This document shows, piece by piece, positions 56,545 to 63,433 of a stretch of DNA of 64,000 nucleotides (positions are counted from its first letter, which is position 1; every line of letters starts with the position of its first letter). This DNA comes from an uncultured Verrucomicrobiota bacterium (GTDB lineage Bacteria > Verrucomicrobiota > Verrucomicrobiia > Limisphaerales > VHCN01): the NCBI GenBank assembly GCA_964589935.1, contig CAZPVD010000001.1, positions 352,818 through 416,817 on the forward strand, read 5' to 3'. A program made the translations under genes and the position numbers. The notes beneath the pieces are model-generated. The model was not told the DNA's origin. It saw nothing but the letters and a program-made list of their open reading frames with translations, and searched no databases.

Positions 56545-56622
56545 GGTAGGGACGCGCTGCGGTGCGTCCTTGCTTTCTCCGCAGTCGGCACCGTGATGGA
56601 CGCGGAGCACCGCGTCCCTACC
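56545..56622. repeat. REP-like inverted repeat in the alaS leader
   Basis: Arms GGTAGGGACGCGCTGCGGTGCGTCC (56545-56569) and GGACGCGGAGCACCGCGTCCCTACC (56598-56622). The outer 12 bp are perfectly complementary. The repeat ends 11 nt before the alaS ATG. Confidence 0.6.
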
Positions 56623-56633
56623 GGACACATCGC

Positions 56634-59600
56634 ATGATGACCAGCACGCAAATCCGCCAGTCGTTCCTCGACTTCTTCAAGTCGAAGCAGCACACCATCG
56701 TCCCCTCGTCCAGCCTCATGCCGGACAGCCCGAACCTGCTCTTCACCAACGCCGGCATGAACCAGTTCGTGCCCATCTTCCTCAACGAGACCAAGTGCCC
56801 CTACTCGCCCGGCCGCGCCGCCGACACGCAAAAGTGCATCCGCGCCGGCGGCAAGCACAACGACCTCGATGACGTCGGCCTCGACACCTACCACCACACG
56901 TTCTTCGAGATGCTCGGCAACTGGTCCTTCGGCGACTACTTCAAGCGCGAGGCCATCAGTTGGGCGTGGGAGCTGGTCATCGAAGTCTGGAAGTTCCCGC
57001 CGCAGCGCCTCTACGCGACGGTCTATTGCCCCGACAAAACCAAGGGCGACCCCAGCGAGTTCGATCAGGAGGCGTGGAACTTCTGGGCCGAGAAATTCCG
57101 CTCCGTCGGCCTCGACCCCGCCGTCCACATCGTCAACGGCAACAAGAAAGACAACTTCTGGATGATGGGCGACACCGGCCCGTGCGGCCCGTGCTCCGAA
57201 CTCCACGTGGACCTCACGCCCGCCGGCGACACCCGCGGCCTGCTGGTCAACAAAGGCACCGCCGAGTGCATCGAGATTTGGAACCTCGTCTTCATCCAGT
57301 TCAACGCGAACGCCGACGGCACCTTCAGCCCGCTCCCGGCCAAGCATGTGGACACCGGCATGGGCTTCGAGCGCGTGACTAGCATCATCCAAGGCACCAA
57401 GAACTTCACCGACTTCGCCAACGCGAAGATTTCCAACTACGAGACCGACATCTTCCGCCCCATTTTCGACGAGCTGGGGCAGATGAGCGGGAAGAAATAC
57501 GGCAGCACGCTGCCGCAGGGGAGCGCGACCGTCCCGGTCGCCCCGGTCGGCGTCCCGCCGACCGGTCCCACGCGCACGACGAATCCGATTGCGCCATCCA
57601 CTTCCTACGCGCCCGAGTCCGCTGCGCGGGACGCGCAGCAGGGCGACCGGGACGGTCGCGCTCCCCAGGCGATAGCGCCCCAATCGCAAGTTCCCCAAGT
57701 CACTTATTACAAACGCCGCCTTCCGCACTTCGAGCGTCCGTGGGCCAAATACATGGTCAGCTTCACGACGCGCGAGCGGAAGCAGCTCTCCGAGGCGGCG
57801 CGCGCGGTCGTGCTCAAGAGCCTGCTCTTCGGCCACGAGCAGCGTCGCTATCAGATGTATGCCGCGTGTGTCATGCCCGACCACGTTCACTTTCTGTTTG
57901 AGCCGCAAATCAAGGAGCAGGACAAGGACGGCCAGCCCGTGTTCTGGCCGCTCGCCGAGTTGATGCATTCGATCAAGTCTTTCACCGCGCACGAAATCAA
58001 CAAGCTGGAGAAGACCACGGGCCAGGTGTGGGAGAACGAATCGTTCGACCGGATGATTCGCGGCGACGCCGACCTCGAAGAAAAATTCCACTACATCTGT
58101 CGCAACCCATGGGACTCCGGCGTCGCTCCCCTCACCGAGAACTACCGCTGGCTCTGGACACCCGACGCCATCGCCGAGGAGAAGCAAAGTCACGAAACAA
58201 CCAAGAGCGCGACCGTTCTAGAAAAGGGGAGCGCGACCGTCCCGGTCGCTCCGGTCGGCGTCCCGCCGACCGATTCTTCGCGCGGGGGCGCGGCGAGATT
58301 GTCAACAGTTCTGACTTCCCACGCGCCAGGGGCTGTTGCGCGGGACGCGCAACAGAGCGACCGGGACGGTCGCGCTCCCCAAACGTCCGCTCCCCATGCG
58401 GAGCAAATCCAGATCGACATCGCCTTTCGCGTCATCGGCGACCATATCCGCACGTTGAGCTTCGCCATCGCGGATGGCATCCAGCCGGGCAACACCGACC
58501 GCAACTACGTCCTGCGCCGCATCCTGCGCCGCGCGGTGCGCTACGGCCGCACGCTCGGCTTCCACGAGCCGTTTTTTTACAAGCTCGTGGACGTGCTCGC
58601 CGCGACGATGGGCGATGTCTTCCCCGAAATCCGCACCCGCCAGCAGCACGTTAAGGATGTGCTCAAGCTGGAGGAGGAGAGTTTTAACAAGACGTTGGAT
58701 GCTGGAATCGCTCTGTTTGAGGAAGTGATTCGTCTGGAGAAGACGTTGAGAGAATTAGTCGAAAATTTGGTCCCACACATCGAGAAGATTGAAATTGTGG
58801 CGGCGAAGAGCTTTGGAACATCCGAGGCGAGCCTACAATCGTTGAACGACATCTACACAGATGTCCAAGTTGTAGCCGGAGAAGTTAGAGGATTGAACCG
58901 CGATCTCTGGTTCAAAATGGCGGAAAAGGAAGAGCGGAGTTTAGTCGAAGCTGCACAGCAGTTGCTAAACATCGTCAACACCCTCTTCGATGAGTCAGTT
59001 CCTGTTTCTGTTCGGGAGGCATTTGCGAATGAGGCGGAAACTCACATCGCTTCTATCCGCACAGGGCTAGTGACCATCGCAAAAAGACCGAATGAGTTTC
59101 GCAGCAGTGCGGCATTCGTTCTCTACGACACCTACGGCTTCCCCCTCGACCTCACCGAGTTGATGGCCCGCGAACGTGGCCTGGCCGTGGACGTGGCCGG
59201 CTTCAACGCCTTGATGGAGGAGCAAAAGGCCCGCGCCCGTGCCGCGCAGAAGAAGACCGTCATCGAGCTGTCCCAAATCGAGACCAAGACGCCCACGCGC
59301 TTCCTCGGCTACGACGCGCTGGAGACGCCCGCGCGCGTGCTCGAAGTCGTCGGCCTCAAGGACAAGACCGCCGTGGTGCTCGACACCTCCACCTGCTACG
59401 CCGAGATGGGCGGCCAGCTCGGCGACACGGGCGAAATCCTCCACGTCCCGGTAGCAGCCGACGTGAGTCGGCTCAAACTCTCAGATGGAGCGGACTTACG
59501 TCCGCTGCTACGCGTCACGAACACGCAGAAGTCCGGCAACACCTGGCTGCATTTCGTAGAAGGCGACGAGCTTCCCGCCACGGGAGACACCGTGGTTCTC

Positions 59601-60587
59601 CGGGTGAACAAATCGCGCCGCGATGCGATCCAGCGCCACCACACCGTCACGCACCTGTTGCACTGGGCCTTGCACGAGGTCGTGGGCCAGGAAGCCTCGC
59701 AGAAAGGCTCCTTCGTCGGGCCGGACAAGCTGACCTTCGACTTCAACAGCGCCGCGCTCACGCCCGCGCAGGTCGCGGACATCGAGAAGCTCGTCAACGA
59801 GCGCATCGTCGAAAACGCCGGTGTCTCGTGGACCGAAGTCCCGCACGCCGACGTGAAGTCGCGCAAGGACGTGATGCAGTTCTTCGGCGACAAATACGGC
59901 GACACCGTGCGCGTCGTGCAGATCGGCGGCCACGCCACGAAGCTCGACGGCTACAGCATGGAACTCTGCGGCGGCACGCACACGCGCGCGACCGGCGAGA
60001 TCGGCCTCTTCCGCATCGTCGGCGAGAACGCGATTGCCGCCGGCGTGCGCCGCATCGAAGCCGTCGCCGGCCTCACCGCCTTCGACGCGATGCGCCTGGA
60101 CCGCGAGTTGATCCGCACCGTGGCCGGCAAGGTGAATTCCCCCATCCACGAACTGGAAAAGAAGATCGAGTTGGTGCTCGCGCACCAGAAGGAGCTGGAG
60201 AAGGCGCTCAAGACCTCCATCGCGCGCAACGCCGCGCAGACCGCCGCGTGGTTGCTCACGCGCGTGACGGAAGTGAACGGCATCCAGCTCATCACGCAGG
60301 GTTTCCCGGACGGCGACACGGAATATCTGCAAGCCGTGGTGGACGCGCTCAAGAGCCATTTCAAGGGCGTCATCGTCCTCGGCGGCGCGGCAAATGGCGC
60401 GGTGGCGCTGGTCGCGGCCGTTTCGCCGGAGTTCACTGCGAAGATTCAAGCGGGCAAAATCATCCAGCAGATCGCGCCCATCGTCGGCGGCAAGGGCGGC
60501 GGCAAGCCCGACAACGCCCGCGGCGGCGGCAAGGACGCCAGCAAGCTCGACGCAGCGCTGGCAAAGGTGAAGGAGTTGGTCGTCTGA
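56634..60587 (+). CDS. alaS: alanine--tRNA ligase carrying three in-frame insertions (1317 aa versus ~880 canonical)
   Basis: Start MMTSTQIRQSFLDFFKSKQHTIVPSSSL at 56634 (the track ORF starts at 56562). AlaRS motifs FTNAGMNQF, HHTFFEMLGNWSFGDYFK, DTGMGFERV, AFRVIGDHIRT, LYDTYGFPLDLT, editing-site HTVTHLLHWAL...CGGTH, and C-terminal GGKGGGKPDNARGGG. Confidence 0.9.
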   Translation: MMTSTQIRQSFLDFFKSKQHTIVPSSSLMPDSPNLLFTNAGMNQFVPIFLNETKCPYSPGRAADTQKCIRAGGKHNDLDDVGLDTYHHTFFEMLGNWSFGDYFKREAISWAWELVIEVWKFPPQRLYATVYCPDKTKGDPSEFDQEAWNFWAEKFRSVGLDPAVHIVNGNKKDNFWMMGDTGPCGPCSELHVDLTPAGDTRGLLVNKGTAECIEIWNLVFIQFNANADGTFSPLPAKHVDTGMGFERVTSIIQGTKNFTDFANAKISNYETDIFRPIFDELGQMSGKKYGSTLPQGSATVPVAPVGVPPTGPTRTTNPIAPSTSYAPESAARDAQQGDRDGRAPQAIAPQSQVPQVTYYKRRLPHFERPWAKYMVSFTTRERKQLSEAARAVVLKSLLFGHEQRRYQMYAACVMPDHVHFLFEPQIKEQDKDGQPVFWPLAELMHSIKSFTAHEINKLEKTTGQVWENESFDRMIRGDADLEEKFHYICRNPWDSGVAPLTENYRWLWTPDAIAEEKQSHETTKSATVLEKGSATVPVAPVGVPPTDSSRGGAARLSTVLTSHAPGAVARDAQQSDRDGRAPQTSAPHAEQIQIDIAFRVIGDHIRTLSFAIADGIQPGNTDRNYVLRRILRRAVRYGRTLGFHEPFFYKLVDVLAATMGDVFPEIRTRQQHVKDVLKLEEESFNKTLDAGIALFEEVIRLEKTLRELVENLVPHIEKIEIVAAKSFGTSEASLQSLNDIYTDVQVVAGEVRGLNRDLWFKMAEKEERSLVEAAQQLLNIVNTLFDESVPVSVREAFANEAETHIASIRTGLVTIAKRPNEFRSSAAFVLYDTYGFPLDLTELMARERGLAVDVAGFNALMEEQKARARAAQKKTVIELSQIETKTPTRFLGYDALETPARVLEVVGLKDKTAVVLDTSTCYAEMGGQLGDTGEILHVPVAADVSRLKLSDGADLRPLLRVTNTQKSGNTWLHFVEGDELPATGDTVVLRVNKSRRDAIQRHHTVTHLLHWALHEVVGQEASQKGSFVGPDKLTFDFNSAALTPAQVADIEKLVNERIVENAGVSWTEVPHADVKSRKDVMQFFGDKYGDTVRVVQIGGHATKLDGYSMELCGGTHTRATGEIGLFRIVGENAIAAGVRRIEAVAGLTAFDAMRLDRELIRTVAGKVNSPIHELEKKIELVLAHQKELEKALKTSIARNAAQTAAWLLTRVTEVNGIQLITQGFPDGDTEYLQAVVDALKSHFKGVIVLGGAANGAVALVAAVSPEFTAKIQAGKIIQQIAPIVGGKGGGKPDNARGGGKDASKLDAALAKVKELVV
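57518..57666 (+). repeat. left REPIN-like hairpin pair
   Basis: Arm 57518-57558 is GGGGAGCGCGACCGTCCCGGTCGCCCCGGTCGGCGTCCCGC. Arm 57626-57666 is its imperfect reverse complement (first 26 nt perfect, ~35/41 overall). The loop is 67 nt. Confidence 0.8.
58226..58380 (+). repeat. right REPIN-like hairpin pair (direct copy of the left one)
   Basis: Arms 58226-58266 and 58340-58380 are 40/41 and 39/41 identical to the left-hand arms, in the same orientation. The loop is 73 nt. Confidence 0.8.
58731..59106 (+). other. ~125-codon in-frame insertion of low-GC DNA in the alaS tRNA-recognition (helical) domain
   Basis: It lies between conserved ...LDAGIALFEEVI and AAFVLYDTYGFPLDLT, where canonical AlaRS has only ~15-25 residues. 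Hand-counted GC is 201/420 (47.9%) for 58681-59100 versus 58-68% in the four flanking 60-nt lines. Confidence 0.7.
59451..59511. repeat. 61-bp nested palindrome (REPIN-like doublet) in-frame within alaS
   Basis: GTAGCAGCCGACGTGAGTCGGCTC...GAGCGGACTTACGTCCGCTGCTAC. The halves are 21/24 complementary and each half is itself a hairpin (AGCCGAC-GTGA-GTCGGCT and AGCGGAC-TTAC-GTCCGCT). It encodes ~VAADVSRLKLSDGADLRPLL. Confidence 0.7.
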
Positions 60588-60628
60588 GCAAGCAGCCCCG
60601 CAAACCAGCCCGTCATCGCTCAGGCTCA

Positions 60629-61696
60629 ATGCGAACGGCGACGCCCGGAGCCGAGGAAGCGCCGGTCGCGGTGCGGATTCATCCAAGCCAGTTTCCTGCG
60701 GCTATTGAGGAGGCGTTCTGCGCCTCGCTCCAGAGCCGGCGGATGAACCACAAGTTTCATTACGACACCGCCAAGCAGGCGCTGCGCTGGCTGCGGGTGC
60801 ATGAGGCGTTCTCACCGGCCCGCCTGGACCGGTCATGCAAGGAAGCCTACGACCTTGCCTCGGCCGCCGCGGCGCAGTTGATGGGCCGGGGAGACATTGA
60901 TGTGGTCAGCCTCGGTTGCGGCGGCGGTCAAAAGGAGCTGGGGCTGCTCCGCGCCTTGCGCGCGTCCCGCCCGGCTCGACGTGTGCGCTACGTGCCCACT
61001 GATGTCAGTGTGAGCCTTGCCCTGATCGCGCGCGAAGCCGCTCTGTGCGCCGGAATTTCGCCCGCTGAATGCGAGCCGCTGGTGCTTGATCTTGCCCGGG
61101 TGAAAGACTGGTGCAGGGCGCTGCAACCGGTCCTCGCGCCGGGCGTTCGACGAGTGATCACTTTTTTCGGAATGCTGCCAAACTTCTCGCCAGCGGACGT
61201 GCTGCCCAGGCTCGCTGGACTGCTCGAGCCGGAGGACGTGCTCCTCGTCAGCGCGAATCTCGCACCGGGAAGTGATTACGCAGCCGGTGTGCGGAAAATT
61301 CTTCCATCTTACGACAATGCGCTGACAGGCGAGTGGCTGTTCTCGGTGCTCGGCGATCTCGGTGTCGCGCGCGACGACGGTCGCATGGAGTTTCGAGTAG
61401 TGCCGTGCCCGGAAGGTTCCGGTTTACTGCGGGTCGAGGCGGACTTTGTTTTCCGCAGAGCCTGCTCGCTGCATTATTGCGGCAAGGAGTGGCGTTGCAA
61501 ACGGGGCGAACGGTTCGGGCTCTTTTTCTCGTATCGTCACACGCCCGGCCATGTGAAGGACTTGTTCGTCCGCCACCGCCTGCTTCTCTGCGACCAATGG
61601 TTAAACGCCGGAGGCGACGAAGGCGTTTTTCTGATTCGACGCCGCGGGCGGGTGCGGCCCAGATTGTCTAGCGGCTTCACACTGCAGGGAAAATAG
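60629..61696 (+). CDS. EgtD-like SAM-dependent (histidine-specific type) methyltransferase
   Basis: The track ORF (59828-61696) overlaps alaS out of frame. I call the ATG at 60629 (MRTATPGAEE...). VVSLGCGGGQKELGLL, TFFGMLPNFSP and LLVSANL resemble the Methyltransf_33/EgtD family. Confidence 0.65.
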   Translation: MRTATPGAEEAPVAVRIHPSQFPAAIEEAFCASLQSRRMNHKFHYDTAKQALRWLRVHEAFSPARLDRSCKEAYDLASAAAAQLMGRGDIDVVSLGCGGGQKELGLLRALRASRPARRVRYVPTDVSVSLALIAREAALCAGISPAECEPLVLDLARVKDWCRALQPVLAPGVRRVITFFGMLPNFSPADVLPRLAGLLEPEDVLLVSANLAPGSDYAAGVRKILPSYDNALTGEWLFSVLGDLGVARDDGRMEFRVVPCPEGSGLLRVEADFVFRRACSLHYCGKEWRCKRGERFGLFFSYRHTPGHVKDLFVRHRLLLCDQWLNAGGDEGVFLIRRRGRVRPRLSSGFTLQGK

Positions 61697-61709
61697 TTAC
61701 ACTTGGGCC

Positions 61710-63350
61710 ATGTTCCAGCGGTTCTCCGTCAAGCTTTGCTCCTGGCTCGCCTGTGCTTTGGCCAGCGCACCGGCGGCGCGTGCCGCCGAGTTGACCGTGG
61801 TGCCCGTCTATGGCGAGATCGTCGACGCCGACACGGGCAGGCCCCTCGCGGCGCGGGTGTATTTGCAAGGCGCGGATGGCAAGTGGCAGTTCCCGAAGTC
61901 GGTGCCGCCTTACGGCTCGGCGGTGCGTTATGAGAAGCGCAGCGGGTTCAACACGAACGCGACCGAGTTTCACACCACACTCTCGGCGCACATGTGGGTC
62001 GCGGAACTGCCGCCGGGCCGCTACACCGCAACCGTCGAGCGCGGCAAGGAATGGCTGCCCCTGACGAACCAGTTCACCGTCGGGACCAAGTCGCTTCAAC
62101 TGAAGCTCTCGCTCAAACGCTGGGTGAACATGGCCGAACTCGGCTGGTTCAGCGGCGACGCGCACAATCACCGCGCGCCCGCCGAGCTGGAGACGGCGAT
62201 GCTCGCCGAGGATGTGAACGTCGCGCTGCCGATGATTGACTGGACAACGGCGGACAACGTCCCGCCCGCGGCGAGCGACAAGAGCATAAAGGGAGCATTT
62301 GGAAACAAGCCCGTCGTTGTGGATCCAACACACGTCTGGTTCCCGCGCAACACGGAATATGAAATCTTCCGATCCGGCGGAAAGAATCACACGCTCGGCG
62401 CGCTTCTCATCGTTGGGCATCGCGAGCGGTTCGATGTGCCGGTGTTTCCGATCCGGCGCGTCTCCGAGCGCGCACATGCTGAGGGCGGGTTGATTGATTT
62501 GGAGAAACACAACTGGCCTTGGTCGGTCGCCATCGTGCCGGTGTTGAAGCCGGACCTTTTTGAACTGGCGAACAACCATCACTGGCGTGTCGAGTTCGGT
62601 GTGCGCAACTGGGCCGTGCCCGCGCCTGCGTGGATGAAGCTTCCCGGAAACGGCAGCGGCACGGACACGGAGGAGTCATGGACGCGCTACGGTTTTGAGA
62701 CTTATTACGCGCTGCTCAACTGCGGTTTCCGGCTCAAGCTGTCCGCCGGCACCGCGAATGGTGTTCATCCGGTGCCACTGGGCTTCAGCCGCGTGTATGT
62801 GCACTGCGATGACGGTTTCAGTTATGAAAAGTGGATGAAGGGACTTGCGGCCGGCCGCAGTTTCGTGACCACGGGACCGATGGCATTAGCGACCATGAAC
62901 GGCGCGCTGCCGGGCGAAGTGTTCCGCGCGGCGACACCGTTCCGCCGGACCAACGAAATGGAAATCGCGCGAAGCCCATTCAAGACTCGATGGGAACTCG
63001 TGCAGAACGGCGAAGTCGTCTGGACGCTGAAGAACTACACCGACAGCGGCCAACGCTCCGCACCGGAAGGCGTCTTCGCAGACAACGGAATCGTCACGGA
63101 CACATCGTGGTTTGCGCTTCGCTGCTTCGAGGAGCATCCCGACGGCCGTGTGCGCTTCGCCCACACCGCGCCGTGGTGGGTGGAAATCGAGGGCAAACCG
63201 CTCTGGCCTAAACGCGAGCAGGTCGAGTGGTTCGCGAAACGCACCGAGGAGGAAATCGCCCGCAATACGGGCGTCATCACCGACGAAGCCCTTGGCGAAT
63301 TCAAGGAGGCGCTTGCGGCGTGGCAGAAGATTCTTGCGACCGCGCAGTGA
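61710..63350 (+). CDS. secreted CehA/McbA-like (PHP-fold) metallohydrolase with N-terminal Ig/CarboxypepD_reg-like domain
   Basis: 546-aa ORF with a signal peptide. The N-terminal beta-sandwich reads GEIVDADTGRPLAARVYLQG...LPPGRYTATVERG. WFSGDAHNH is a metal-binding motif. Confidence 0.6.
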   Translation: MFQRFSVKLCSWLACALASAPAARAAELTVVPVYGEIVDADTGRPLAARVYLQGADGKWQFPKSVPPYGSAVRYEKRSGFNTNATEFHTTLSAHMWVAELPPGRYTATVERGKEWLPLTNQFTVGTKSLQLKLSLKRWVNMAELGWFSGDAHNHRAPAELETAMLAEDVNVALPMIDWTTADNVPPAASDKSIKGAFGNKPVVVDPTHVWFPRNTEYEIFRSGGKNHTLGALLIVGHRERFDVPVFPIRRVSERAHAEGGLIDLEKHNWPWSVAIVPVLKPDLFELANNHHWRVEFGVRNWAVPAPAWMKLPGNGSGTDTEESWTRYGFETYYALLNCGFRLKLSAGTANGVHPVPLGFSRVYVHCDDGFSYEKWMKGLAAGRSFVTTGPMALATMNGALPGEVFRAATPFRRTNEMEIARSPFKTRWELVQNGEVVWTLKNYTDSGQRSAPEGVFADNGIVTDTSWFALRCFEEHPDGRVRFAHTAPWWVEIEGKPLWPKREQVEWFAKRTEEEIARNTGVITDEALGEFKEALAAWQKILATAQ

Positions 63351-63433
63351 GGTTCCTTTGTCGAGGATTATTCGGAACAAGTTGATTCATTTTTTGTCGC
63401 GCGCGGATGACTCTTCTCTCATAGTCGGCGCAC

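Larger units (their letters stand above)
57518..58380 (+). mobile_element. REPIN - RAYT (IS200/IS605-type Y1 transposase domain) - REPIN unit, in-frame within alaS
   Basis: RAYT-like domain at 57705-58165: YYKRRLPHFERPWAKYMVSFTT...VMPDHVHFLFEP (HUH)...SFDRMIRGDADLEEKFHYICRNPW (Tyr motif). It is flanked by two copies of a hairpin pair with 41-nt arms. See the repeat features at 57518-57666 and 58226-58380. Confidence 0.75.

Noticed and set aside
56457-58193. N-terminal ~580-aa extension of the antiporter ORF (track ORF 54954-58193, 1079 aa)
   Set aside because: The extension is antisense to alaS and to the RAYT insertion and reads as low-complexity R/G/A/V sequence. The transporter family begins at the Met at 56456.
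57518-58380. Intein or other self-splicing element as the explanation for the alaS insertion
   Set aside because: There is no Cys/Ser/Thr at the N-junction, no His-Asn + Cys/Ser/Thr at the C-junction, and no Hint or LAGLIDADG/HNH blocks. The sequence instead matches HUH/Y1 transposase motifs flanked by hairpins.
59828-60628. Upstream 267 codons of track ORF 59828-61696
   Set aside because: It overlaps the 3' part of alaS in another frame and is an Arg/Pro/Gly-rich artefact. The methyltransferase-like sequence starts at the ATG at 60629, after the alaS stop.
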